DNA from: Macrostomum hystrix
Lineage: Eukaryota; Animalia; Platyhelminthes
Assembly: GCA_950097015.1 (NCBI GenBank)
Contig: CATNEN010000026.1
Span: 1,364,001-1,428,000 of the forward strand
DNA length: 64,000 nt
Direction: 5' to 3'
The translations under genes were made by a program, and so were the position numbers. The notes under the pieces were generated by a model. That model saw only the letters and a program-made list of their open reading frames with translations, was not told the DNA's origin and did not search any database. Shown piece by piece: positions 37,701-50,222 of this stretch (position 1 is its first letter; every line of letters starts with the position of its first letter).

Positions 37701-39237
37701 TCCTTGTCTTTAGGTTAGAGCTTAACTAAAAAGGAAAATAATTTTAAGACACATGAATAATTTTTTCAAGCGAACTTTAGACTGTTCGCTGTCTTGGGCT
37801 TTGGAAAATCACTTTACTAAAAATAAGGCTTTCACTGAAAAGTGAGAGTGAAAAGAAAAAGTGAAATTGTGGACCTGTCACAATGTGACAATCAGATACG
37901 TGTGAACTTTTTGTGGATCCGAGTTAATTTGTAAAACTCGTAATAAAAAAATAATAAACTTTTCAGCGAAAAAAAACAAAGGAAATTGAACCGAATTCGA
38001 AATGCATAACGAATTTTTTCTTTTTTCATTTAGCATTTCTGGTACTCGACAATAGCATAGCATAAACTTTATTGTACAAAAGCGGAAAATGTTCAAGGTA
38101 TTTGAAAAGCATTCTAATATTCATAAAGTCAATAGTGACGAAACCAATGAATAGTTAGTGTGTTCACTTTCTCATTTGAATTCCCACGCTTTTAAGAGGA
38201 CGGGATAGGAAATAAAGCTGACAAATGGTGTGCGGAAGCTACAGGAAACTTTCAGAGAAAATTGCATTTTAGAAGAGCGAAAAAATGATAATGATAATGA
38301 TTCTGTTCCATTATTTATTGTTAATGAAAAGTGATTTTAAAGGCAGTTATAAATCTATTCCGTTTTTTAACTATTGCTTTTGTGGAAAATGATTCGCGAA
38401 GTAAAATAACATGGCTAGCAAAGTCGTCAATTAATGTAATTTTTTATCTAGCCTGTCGCTTATAATTATTGTCTAGTTAACTTTGCTTATTTAGTCCGCA
38501 TAAGTAAAGTACACAACAAAGACGCTGACGCTGTTATTATTTATCAGTCTCCTAGACTGGGCCCTTATTTATTATTATTATTAATTCTTATTAAATTAAG
38601 TAAGACTGAGACGGCTTCTCGAGAGAAGTTGGAAGGGGTTTGTAGTTATCGTTTTACAATGTACGCACACATATGTACAAACCTTTAGTATCATTAAAAA
38701 AACAGTAAGGCACCCGCGCTGGACTTGATAAAATATAAAAAAGCCGATGTAAAGGATTGTCAACCTGCCACCCCTCTCCGCCAAATGAGGCTAGCCAACC
38801 AGGTCGCGAGTAGGACACCCCACCCCCGCCCAGCTCGGCAAATTGAAAGGCAAGTTTTTCGCTTATAAAATTGGCTACCCCCGCCGGCCTCATAGAATTT
38901 ATTTTGCACAGGACGAATCCCGCGCCGCCGACGGCTCTTCCCACGCTGTGTTGTTTTTTTCAGTTTGGAGCCCCTCCGATTTTACCGCCGACAGCCACCC
39001 CACTCCCCCGGCTCTAGTTTGAAAGAACCAAAACTCGACTGCTCTTCTTTATCCCCGAACTGTTCTTTTAGATACCAGAAGAAAAGAAGAATCACTTGCT
39101 TTTTTGTAGAAGCTTGAAGTGAAGCGAAACTTATCAGATTTCTCTTAGTGTCGAAAATTCTTCTTGTTGTTTTCTTCGTAGTTACAATTAATCGATTGAC
39201 AAAATTGATTAAGTCGCAAATTAACACGATAGCAAAA

Positions 39238-39313
39238 ATGTCGGCGCGGATTCTGCTGCTGCCAATGTTGCTGTTGTTAGTCCTGCTAACAACTGCGCTA
39301 CCCGCAGGGGCTG
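39238..39313 (+). CDS. NOTCH: Notch-like receptor, exon 1 (signal peptide)
   Basis: MSARILLLPMLLLLVLLTTALPAGA + G|GTGAGT phase-1 donor matching the exon 2 acceptor phase. Confidence 0.7.
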
Positions 39314-39394
39314 GTGAGTTTCGATTTGCGAACTACAGAATAATCATATTATTGACTCTAGAGAGATCAGTTTAAATATAAATTAGAGACAGTA

Positions 39395-39545
39395 ATTAGA
39401 CTTGGGGAGAGATTAGACTTGGGGAGAGATGAGACATGGGGAGAGATGAGACATGGGGAGAGATTAGACTTGGGGAGAGATGAGACATGGGGAGAGATTA
39501 GACTTGGGGAGAGATTTTTCGATTTGGAGACAAGACAATGAGTGA
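39395..39545 (-). repeat. Short ~19-bp array GAGATGAGACATGGGGAGA, inverted relative of the 32790-37700 satellite
   Basis: Reverse complement TCTCCCCATGTCTCATCTC resembles CCCCTGTCTCATCTCTC. Confidence 0.75.
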
Positions 39546-40094
39546 TGAGACAGTGAAGTAGGTGTTTGATGGGCAGGGCTTCCCCAGGAGGCCGGATTTG
39601 GGCTGATGGTTTCCGACCCTGAAGTACGCTTTTTAGCATTTCCCTGTTGTCTATCTTTCTGTTGCATAATTAATCTTCTTCAGCAACGCCTTTTGTAGGG
39701 CTGAAGTAAAACAAGGCAATAAGCAAACAGGCAGATGCAAAGCAAACTTGTGGATCTGTGTCCCATAATCAGTTCAATTTGGTTTAGCCATTGCTGACAA
39801 GTCTGCTGCTGATATAAAAATTATAACACAATAAGTAAAGGAAAAAGAAGACATTCAGCAAAGTAGTTATGCTATTGCCACCGCAACACAGTGTAGCGAA
39901 ATTTAATTTAACTAGAATCTTCAGCGCTTTTATGTCAGGATAATCAGACAGATTACACTTTCTCATGCCATGCATAGGGCCTAGGGCTTACAGTTACAGA
40001 TGACAGTGACTTCACTGAGGGGCATGGCTCACAGTGGTGCCTTAGCTATCATGTTACTGATTGAATGGGGGCTGCAGCCCTGATGCAAGTGTGG

Positions 40095-42265
40095 GCTAAA
40101 GACTGCAGTCCCTGAAGAATTGGGAACTTAGCGACTGCAGTCCCTGAATGATTGGGAACTTAGTGACTGCAGTCCCTGAATGATTGGGAACTTAGCGACT
40201 GCAGTGCCTGAATGATTGGGAACTTAGCGACTGCAGTCCCTGAAGGATTGGGAACTTAGCGACTTCAGTCCCTGAAGGATTGGGAACTTAGCGACTGCAG
40301 TCCCTGAATGATTGGGAACTTAGCGACTGCAGTGCCTGAATGATTGGGAACTTAGCGACTGCAGTGCCTGAATGATTGGGAACTTAGCGACTGCAGTGCC
40401 TGAATGATTGGGAACTTAGCGACTGCAGTCCCTGAAGAATTGGGAACTTAGCGACTGCAGTGCCTGAAGAATTGGGAACTTAGCGACTGCAGTGCATGAA
40501 TGATTGGGAACTTAGCGACTGCAGTGCCTGAATGATTGGGAACTTAGCGACTGCAGTCCCTGAATGATTGGGAACTTAGCGACTGCAGTCCCTGAAGGAT
40601 TGGGAACTTAGCGACTGCAGTGCCTGAATGATTGGGAACTTAGCGACTGCAGTCCCTGAATGATTGGGAACTTAGCGACTGCAGTCCCTGAATGATTGGG
40701 AACTTAGCGACTGCAGTCCCTGAATGATTGGGAACTTAGTGACTGCAGTCCCTGAATGATTGGGAACTTAGTGACTGCAGTCCCTGAATGATTGGGAACT
40801 TAGCGACTGCAGTCCCTGAATGATTGGGAACTTAGCGACTGCAGTCCCTGAATGATTGGGAACTTAGCGACTGCAGTCCCTGAATGATTGGGAACTTAGC
40901 GACTGCAGTCCCTGAATGATTGGGAACTTAGCGACTGCAGTCCCTGAATGATTGGGAACTTAGCGACTGCAGTGCCTGAATGATTGGGAACTTAGCGACT
41001 GCAGTGCCTGAATGATTGGGAACTTAGCGACTGCAGTGCCTGAATGATTGGGAACTTAGCGACTGCAGTGCCTGAATGATTGGGAACTTAGCGACTGCGG
41101 TCCCTGAATGATTGGGAACTTAGCGACTGCAGTCCCTGAATGATTGGGAACTTAGCGACTGCAGTCCCTGAATGATTGGGAACTTAACGATTGCAGTCCC
41201 TGAATGATTAGGAACTTAGCGACTGCAGTCCCTGAATGATTGGGAACTTAGCGACTGCAGTCCCTGAAGGATTGGGAACTTAGCGACTGCAGTCCCTGAA
41301 GGATTGGGAACTTAGCGACTGCAGTCCCTGAAGGATTGGGAACTTAGCGACTGCAGTCCCTGAAGGATTGGGAACTTAGCGACTGCAGTCCCTGAATGAT
41401 TGGGAACTTAGCGACTGCAGTCCCTGAATGATTGGGAACTTAGCGACTGCAGTCCCTGAAGGATTGAGAACTTAGCGACTGCAGTGCCTGAATGATTGGG
41501 AACTTAGTGACTGCAGTCCCTGAATGATTGGGAACTTAGCGACTGCAGTGCCTGAATGATTGGGAACTTAGCGACTTCAGTCCCTGAAGGATTGGGAACT
41601 TAGCGACTGCAGTCCCTGAATGATTGGGAACTTAGCGACTTCAGTCCCTGAAGGATTGAGAACTTAGCGACTGCAGTGCCTGAATGATTGGGAACTTAGT
41701 GACTGCAGTCCCTGAATGATTGGGAACTTAGCGACTTCAGTCCCTGAAGGATTGAGAACTTAGCGACTTCAGTCCCTGAATGATTGGGAACTTAGCGACT
41801 GCAGTCCCTGAAGGATTGGGAACTTAGCGACTGCAGTCCCTGAATGATTGGGAACTTAGCGACTGCAGTCCCTGAATGATTGGGAACTTAGCGACTGCAG
41901 TCCCTGAATGATTGGGAACTTAGCGACTTCAGTCCCTGAAGGATTGAGAACTTAGCGACTGCAGTGCCTGAATGATTGGGAACTTAGTGACTGCAGTCCC
42001 TGAATGATTGGGAACTTAGCGACTTCAGTCCCTGAAGGATTGGGAACTTAGCGACTGCAGTCCCTGAATGATTGGGAACTTAGCGACTTCAGTCCCTGAA
42101 GGATTGAGAACTTAGCGACTGCAGTGCCTGAATGATTGGGAACTTAGTGACTGCAGTCCCTGAATGATTGGGAACTTAGCGACTTCAGTCCCTGAAGGAT
42201 TGAGAACTTAGCGACTTCAGTCCCTGAATGATTGGGAACTTAGCGACTGCAGTGCCTGAAGGATT
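40095..42265 (+). repeat. 32-bp minisatellite TAGCGACTGCAGTCCCTGAATGATTGGGAACT (~68 copies)
   Basis: Direct reading; no spacers. Confidence 0.97.
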
Positions 42266-42939
42266 AGCTAATTTCGAGTACAAATTTACTAAATTGTGCA
42301 TATAAAATTGTTGACTATATTATATTAGCTAGCTAGAGAGCATCGGGACCCTGGATTAGCTAGCCGCGGCAAGATTTGAGCACTGTTTGAGCACTGAATC
42401 TTTACACTGTTCGAAGCCTCAACTATACTATATGGTAGCTATATCTTTAGCTAGCATCTGAACAAGTTCATCCTTTGTATATGTAATATACACTCGTAAA
42501 GTAGATCCGCCAATGCTACTGGAGATCTTAACCAGATGGATCAGCATCTGCCAACTGGATTTCTTGGGAATATATTTTCAATTTTGTTTTCCACTGGACT
42601 TGTTTGAGCCATCACTATGTGTAGCTAGCTGTGTTCCGAAAAGTCATCATCGCGTTATATTTATTCATGAGTTCTATAGAAGAAAGTTTGCACTTTTAAT
42701 TCTGTTTCCTGTTTAATTTGATAGCTGCTAGTAGCCATAGCTACTTGAATATCTTCAAGAAATCTAATTATCTACAACACTTGCTTGATACAGCTCTGAT
42801 AGAGTTTTAGCAATTAAGAAAATTAGGAAAAACGATGGAATGAATTAGTTATCGTGCATACCGATGCAGAATTTTGACACCTGAGAATCAAGTATGATCC
42901 CTAGAGATCATACTTGGTCGATCTCGGTCGAGATCTTTA

Positions 42940-43755
42940 GAATCCTGTTTAGGATCTTTAGAATCCTGTTTAGGATCTTTAGAATCCTGTTCAGGATCTT
43001 TAGAATCCTGTTTAGGATCTTTAGAATTTTTTGTGATCTTTAGAATCATCTTTGAAATCTTTTGAATCCGGTTTGGGATCTTTAGAATCCTCTTTGAAAT
43101 CTTTTGAATCCTGTTTGGGATCTTTAGAATCCTCTTTGAAATCTTTTGAATCCGGTTTGGGATCTTTAGAATCATCTTTGAAATCTTTTGAATCCTGTTT
43201 GGGATCTTTAGAATCCTGTTTAGGATCTTTAGAATCCTGTTTAGGATCTTTAGAATCCTGTTTAGGATCTTTAGAATTTTTTGTGATCTTTAGAATCATC
43301 TTTGAAATCTTTTGAATCCGGTTTGGGATCTTTAGAATCCTCTTTGAAATCTTTTGAATCCTGTTTGGAATCTTTAGAATCCTGTTCAGGATCTTTAGAA
43401 TCCTGTTTAGGATCTTTAGAATTTTTTGTGATCTTTAGAATCATCTTTGAAATCTTTTGAATCCGGTTTGGAATCTTTAGAATCCTGTTCAGGATCTTTA
43501 GAATCCTGTTTAGGATCTTTAGAATCCTGTTTAGGATCTTTAGAATTTTTTGTGATCTTTAGAATCATCTTTGAAATCTTTTGAATCCGGTTTGGGATCT
43601 TTAGAATCCTCTTTGAAATCTTTTGAATCCTGTTTGGGATCTTTAGAATCCTCTTTGAAATATTTTGAATCCTGTTTGTGATTTTTAGAATCCTGTTTGG
43701 GATCTTTAGAAACCTGTTTGGGATCTTTAGAATCCAGTTTGGGATCTTTAAATTA
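42940..43755 (+). repeat. 21-22-bp composite array GATCTTTAGAATCCTGTTTAG
   Basis: Direct reading. Confidence 0.92.
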
Positions 43756-44384
43756 CAGATTAGAATTTTTTACGACTTTTTTAATCCTCGCTAAGATTTG
43801 TTTCAGCTGAGAGTTTTATGAATTTTTTTTGTTTATTTATCTAGGAGTGCATTTGATATTTGACAAGACGAGTTCAACTTGAGTACAATTTAGCGGATTG
43901 ATCACTGAGAACAGAATGTAAGCTATGCATTGCTCAGCTAGCTTTAAACTGCTGTAAATCTGACTCAAAAGCCGAAATCTAAATAACTGCCAGTTCCCAG
44001 GCACTACTGTGAGCTAAGTCGTATGTGGCCTTACCTCGCTGTCGTTATGTTGGTAGTTCAACCTTTTTTAACTCGTCAGGTGCAAGAACAGGTTTATTTG
44101 ACTAGTTACTGCCCGATGATAGTCTCAAGATAAGGTTTTGTTAATGTAGGACAGTTGAAGGAACCAGTTATGCAGATTGCACATTAGATAGATCTTCTAA
44201 GCTGTTCATGAGCACAACACATTTTATGGTTTTACTGCGTTAGCTAGATTTAGTAGATAGAAGCCTAAAATGGAAAAGTTTAGCTTAAGTCGCAAACACG
44301 AGTACTTGCTTGTTGAAAGAATAAAAAAATCGGAAAGCCTATATAAAATTTCCAAAATAGCTATTCATTAAATCTCATACATAA

Positions 44385-44690
44385 TCCCGAATCTAAAATC
44401 CAGAATACCGAAAAAATTCCAAATCCTAAATCCCAAATCCCGAATCCGAAATCCCGAATCTAAAATCCGAAATCCGAAATCTTGAATCTAAAATCCGAAA
44501 TCCCGAATCCTCAATCCGAAATACCGAAAAATCCCAAAAACTAATCTCAAATCCCGAATCCGAAATTAATAATTCGAAATCCCGAATCTGAAATCCTGAA
44601 TCCGAAATCCCGAATATAAAATCTCGAATCCGAAATTCGAAATCCCAAATCTGTAATCCCGAATCTGAAATCCCGAATCGGAAATACCAA
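44385..44690 (+). repeat. Degenerate short-period array (AATCCGAAATCCC) just upstream of Notch exon 2
   Basis: Direct reading. Confidence 0.8.
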
Positions 44691-44723
44691 AAATAAAACA
44701 AACACTGTTTTCACCGTCGACAG

Positions 44724-44902
44724 AGCCCAGCAGTGAAAGCTGCAGTCGGCAGTTCTGCAGCGGTCGCGGCATGTGCCGCCGTGATTCAACGACAGAGGGC
44801 CGGGCTCGGTGCGACTGCACAAACGGCTGGACTGGCGAGAACTGCTCGGTGAATGTGGACGATTGCGTCAGCGCCAAGTGTCAGAACAATGCAACCTGCA
44901 AG
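44724..44902 (+). CDS. NOTCH: Notch-like receptor, exon 2 (EGF1 and start of EGF2)
   Basis: [18 protein letters not shown]...[31 protein letters not shown]; acceptor GTCGACAG, donor GTAGGC. Confidence 0.88.
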
Positions 44903-44974
44903 GTAGGCGTAATGTAACTTGCTATACATAGAGATATGTCTAGTTTCTATTTATTATCATTTCATTGCCCTCCA

Positions 44975-46060
44975 GTCTCATCCTCAGTTCCCTCTCCCTC
45001 AGTTCCCTCTCCTTCAGTTCCCTCTCTACCAGTTCTCTCTCCCTCAGTTCCCTCTCTACCAGTTCTCTCTCCCTCAGTTCCCTCTCTACCAGTTCTCTCT
45101 CCCTCAGTTCCCTCTCTACCAGTTCTCTCTCCCTCAATTCTCTCTCCCTCATTTCTCTCTCCCTCAGTTCCCTCTCTACCAGTTCTCTCTCCCTCAGTTC
45201 CCTCTCTACCAGTTCTCTCTCCCTCAATTCTCTCTCCCTCATTTCTCTCTCCCTCAGTTCTCTCTCTCCTTCAGTTCTCTCTCCCTCAGTTCCCTCTCTA
45301 CTAGTTCTCTCTCCCCCAGTTCCCTCTCCCTCAGTTATCTCTCTTTCAGTTCCCTCTCCCCCAGGTGCCTCTCCCCCTGTTCCCTCTCCCCCTGTTCCCT
45401 CTCCCCCAGGTCCCTCTCCCCCAGTTCCCTCTCCCCCAGTTCCCTCTCCCCCAGTTCCCTCTCCCTCAGTTCCCTCTCCCCCAGTTCCCTCTCCCCCAGT
45501 TCCCTCTCCCCCAGTTCCCTCTCCCTCAGTTCCCTCTCCCCCAGTTCCCTCTCCCTCAGTTATCTCTCTTTCAGTTCCCTCTCCCCCAGGTGCCTCTCCC
45601 CCTGTTCCCTCTCCCCCTGTTCCCTCTCCCCCAGGTCCCTCTCCCCCAGTTCCCTCTCCCCCAGTTCCCTCTCCCCCAGTTCCCTCTCCCTCAGTTCCCT
45701 CTCCCCCAGTTCCCTCTCCCCCAGTTCCCTCTCCCCCAGTTCCCTCTCCCTCAGTTCCCTCTCCCCCAGTTCCCTCTCCCCCAGTTCCCTCTCCCCCAGT
45801 TCCCTCTCCCCCAGTTCCCTCTCCCCCAGTTCCCTCTCCCTCAGTTCCCTCTCCCCCAGTTCCCTCTCCCCCAGTTCCCTCTCCCCCAGTTCCCTCTCCC
45901 CCAGTTCCCTCTCCCCCCAGTTCCCTCTCCCCCAGTTCCCTCTCCCCCAGTTCCCTCTCCCCCAGTTCCCTCTCCCCCAGTTCTCTCTCCCCCAGTTCCC
46001 TCTCCCTCAGTTCTCTCTCCCTCAGTTCCCCCTCCCCCAGTTCCCTCTCCCTCAGTTATC
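44975..46060 (+). repeat. 15-bp C/T-rich array CAGTTCCCTCTCCCC
   Basis: Direct reading; fills most of Notch intron 2. Confidence 0.95.
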
Positions 46061-46088
46061 TCTGTGGCCACCCTGCTCACTTCAACAG

Positions 46089-46626
46089 GACCTGGAGAAT
46101 CGCCGTTACGAATGCGTCTGCCGTCTGGGATTCGTTGGGAAATTCTGCGAACTGCCAGACGCTTGCTATGATTTGAATCCGTGCCACCCGACGGCCCGTT
46201 GCGAAACCAACCTTATCACCGGCAAGCCGGTGTGCATCTGCCAAGCCGGCTACTCGGGTGAAACCTGCAGCACTCAAACCTCTGAACTCATCTGCGCCAA
46301 GAAGCCCTGCCTTAACAACGGCACCTGCAGGCAGTCCAACAGGAGCGAGCTGAACCACTTTGTCTGCGACTGTCGACCCGGCTTTCGCGGACCCCTCTGC
46401 GGCGAACAGATTATCGATCCGTGTAGCCACTCTCCCTGCCTAAACGGCGGCAGCTGCACCTCCGGTAGCGATTCCAATGGGCCAGCGAAATATCATTGCT
46501 CCTGCCCTGATGGCTATACGGGGGACAGGTGCGAGACTGAGCCTGCCAACTGTGACTGCCTGAATGGCGGCGTTTGCATTTGGGAGACCAACAAGCCTTT
46601 CTGCAACTGTGCCATTGGATTTAGCG
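46089..46626 (+). CDS. NOTCH: Notch-like receptor, exon 3 (EGF2-6)
   Basis: [20 protein letters not shown]...[23 protein letters not shown]; TTCAACAG acceptor, GTGAGT donor. Confidence 0.92.
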
Positions 46627-46669
46627 GTGAGTAGTTTGACAATTTGAGTGCGATTTTGATGTTGAAACT

Positions 46670-47460
46670 GTAAGTTTTTACTACAGCAGTTGAGATTTTG
46701 TAGCTACAGCAGGTCAGATTTTGTAGCTACAGCAGTTGAGATTTTGTAGCTACAGCAGGTGAGATTTTGTAGCTACAGCAGGTGAGATTTTGTAGCTACA
46801 GCAGTTGAGATTTTGTAGCTACAGCAGTTGAGATTTTGTAGCTACAGCAGGTGAGATTTTGTAGCTACAGCAGGTGAGATTGTGTAGCTACAGCAGTTGA
46901 GATTTTGTAGCTACAGCAGGTGAGATTTTGTAGTTACAGCAGTTGAGATTTTGTAGCTACAGCAGTTGAGATTTTGTAGCTACAGTAGGTGAGATTTTGT
47001 AGCTACAGTAGGTGAGATTTTGTAGCTACAGCAGTTGAGATTTTGTAGCTACAGCAGTTGAGATTTTGTAGCTACAGCAGTTGAGATTTTGTAGCTACAG
47101 CAGTTGAGATTTTGTAGCTACAGCAGTTGAGATTTTGTAGCTACAGCAGGTGAGATTTTGTAGCTACAGCAGGTGAGATTGTGTAGCTACAGCAGTTGAG
47201 ATTTTGTAGCTACAGCAGTTGAGATTTTGTAGCTACAGCAGTTGAGATTTTGTAGCTACAGCAGTTGAGATTTTGTAGCTACAGTAGGTGAGATTTTGTA
47301 GCTACAGTAGGTGAGATTTTGTAGCTACAGCAGTTGAGATTTTGTAGCTACAGCAGTTGAGATTTTGTAGCTACAGCAGTTTAGATTTTGTAGCTACAGC
47401 AGTTGAGATTTTGTAGCTACAGCAGTTTAGATTTTGTAGCTATAGTAGGTGAGATTTTGT
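46670..47460 (+). repeat. 23-bp array CTACAGCAGTTGAGATTTTGTAG
   Basis: Direct reading. Confidence 0.95.
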
Positions 47461-47489
47461 AGGCTCAGGAGCTAGGTAAGATTTTGTAG

Positions 47490-48840
47490 GCTCAGGAGCT
47501 AGGTAAGATTTTGTAGGTACAGTAGCTAGGTGAGATTTTGAAGCTACAGTAGCTAGGTGAGATTTTGAAGCTACAGTAGCTAGGTGAGATTTTGTAGCTA
47601 CAGTAGCTAGGTGAGATTTTGTAGCTACAGTAGCTAGGTGAGATTTTGTAGGTACAGTAGCTAGGTGAGATTTTGTAGGTACAGTATCTATGTGAGATTT
47701 TGAAGCTACAGTAGCTAGGTGAGATTTTGTAGGTACAGTAGCTAGGTGAGATTTTGAAGCTACAGTAGCTAGGTGAGATTTTGAAGCTACAGTAGCTAGG
47801 TGAGATTTCGAAACTACAGTAGCTAGGTGAGATTTTGTAGCTACAGTAGCTAGGTGAGATTTTGTAGCTACAGTAGCTAGGTGAGATTTTGTAGGTACAG
47901 TAGCTAGGTGAGATTTTGTAGGTACAGTATCTATGTGAGATTTTGAAGCTACAGTAGCTAGGTGAGATTTTGTAACTACAGTAGCTAGGTGAGATTTTGA
48001 AGCTACAGTAGCTAGGTGAGATTTTGTAACTACAGTAGCTAGGTGAGATTTTGTAGCTACAGTAGCTAGGTGAGATTTTGTAGCTACAGTAGCTAGGTGA
48101 GATTTTGTAGGTACAGTAGCTAGGTGAGATTTTGTAGGTACAGTATCTATGTGAGATTTTGAAGCTACAGTAGCTAGGTGAGATTTTGTAGGTACAGTAG
48201 CTAGGTGAGATTTTGAAGCTACAGTAGCTAGGTGAGATTTTGAAGCTACAGTAGCTAGGTGAGATTTCGTAACTACAGTAGCTAGGTGAGATTTTGTAGC
48301 TACAGTAGCTAGGTGAGATTTTGTAGCTACAGTAGCTAGGTGAGATTTTGTAGGTACAGTAGCTAGGTGAGATTTTGTAGGTACAGTATCTATGTGAGAT
48401 TTTGAAGCTACAGTAGCTAGGTGAGATTTTGTAACTACAGTAGCTAGGTGAGATTTTGAAGCTACAGTAGCTAGGTGAGATTTTGTAACTACAGTAGCTA
48501 GGTGAGATTTTGTAGCTACAGTAGCTAGGTGAGATTTTGTAGCTACAGTAGCTAGGTGAGATTTTGTAGGTACAGTAGCTAGGTGAGATTTTGTAGGTAC
48601 AGTATCTATGTGAGATTTTGAAGCTACAGTAGCTAGGTGAGATTTTGTAGGTACAGTAGCTAGGTGAGATTTTGAAGCTACAGTAGCTAGGTGAGATTTC
48701 GTAACTACAGTAGCTAGGTGAGATTTCGTAACTACAGTAGCTAGGTGAGATTTTGAAGCTACAGTAGCTAGGTGAGATTTTGAAGCTACAGTAGCTAGGT
48801 GAGATTTTGAAGCTACAGTAGCTAGGTGAGATTTCGTTGT
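47490..48840 (+). repeat. 27-bp array TAGCTAGGTGAGATTTTGTAGCTACAG, related to the adjacent 23-bp array
   Basis: Direct reading; KISPSYCSY repeat ORF. Confidence 0.95.
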
Positions 48841-49948
48841 TAAGCATGTGGGTTTTTTGAGATTTGAGAATGCAGTGGTTGAGATTATATTGTACAGTGG
48901 ATCAGATTTTAAGATACCAGTGGATTTATGTGTTTTGATTTTTTGTAATTAAAAGCCGTTTACAAATTTTAGAACAATAAAGTATTCATAATTTTCTTTT
49001 ATCTTTTTAGACGAAAATGGTATCAGAAAGAACTAAGCAATTAGGCATTGCAAATAATCAACTATTCCGATTTAGGAGAAGCTAGCCTGAAAGAATCGCA
49101 TTGGATCTGCTTAGAAACTAGACAATAATGTTATCGAAGCCATTCTAGGCTGGTGCTTTCATCTCTAATTCTCTTTCCGTCTTCTTTTTTATTCAGTCAC
49201 TTGAAGATAGGCAGCTAAAACTATTTAGTTAGCTCACATTTGCTTATCTCGATGCCGTGGCCTGGGCAGGCCTATATTCACCTGTGAGTTTGATATTCAG
49301 ATTATTAAGTGAGAAGTTGCAGTTATCTTCCGTAAGCTGTTCTGAGATTGTTTAAACATAGTTTTTGATAACTCGCTTACCACTCTAACAGTTCCAGGGT
49401 TCTGTTCCGAAACAAATGATATTTGTTTGTGCTGTTCATTGGCAGGGCAGGGGGCTCTTCAAGTGCAACTCTAGGGTGACTAGATTGAGAAGGGTTCGTT
49501 AACTGCACAACTACAATTTTGCTAAATAACACGCGACCCTGTAGTGCTTTATTTGACCAGACCATTAGTGTCCCTTTCCCAGGCCGTAGAGTGAAATAAC
49601 AAAGCTCTACCGGGTCTTTGTTCGCGTGTTTTGGGGCCCTCCCTGAGCGCCTCGAAATTCTCTTAGATACAAAAAATAACCGTGGGGTTAACTTTGTGTG
49701 CGAGTGTTTGCGCATATTGTAACGAGGCACTTAAATAGTTTTATTGCTCAGTTCAAGGATCAGTATTTGGTTTCTTGGAAGTCCCCGATAAACTAGCAGT
49801 TCGTGATACGTGTCCCCGTATTTTATTGCTATTCACGGGGAGATGTACGAGTAAATTGAGAATGTGAGAGGTAGAGTGAGAAGTAGAGATGTGTGAGAGA
49901 GAGAAGGGGTCGGTAGGTGGCAGGCTGGGTTAACGCGTCTGACTCTCG

Positions 49949-50222
49949 CACCAAGGTCCCTGAGCTCGATTCCGCGGCGAGGCCACATTTATTTAGGGCG
50001 CAGCCGCGGAGAGAAGGCTTGGGGGCTTGTCGTGCAATTTACGCCCTTGAGGGCCAACCTCCAAAGCACAATGAAGTGTACAACTGCCTGACGATGAGAA
50101 AGTCAGGGCAGATGTAGCGCATGCTGCGTACAGTATCTGTGTGCGTGTGTGCTCAGGAATCAGCGGAATGGGCAGAATTGCCTCCTCACTTGGCTGCGGG
50201 TCTAGTGTCACCAGATGCTGTG
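49949..50222 (-). repeat. Unclassified dispersed repeat, copy C (inverted relative to A and B)
   Basis: ACCAAGGTCCCTGAGCTCGATTCCGCG...TCTAGTGTCACCAGATG is the reverse complement of segments in A and B. Confidence 0.8.

Noticed and set aside
32769-37729. 955-aa and 1607-aa SSLACLIS ORFs
   Set aside because: Translations of a C/T-rich satellite in all three frames; no coding signature
40095-42265. 32-bp (and 30-bp) repeats as a CRISPR array
   Set aside because: No unique spacers, no cas genes, eukaryotic context
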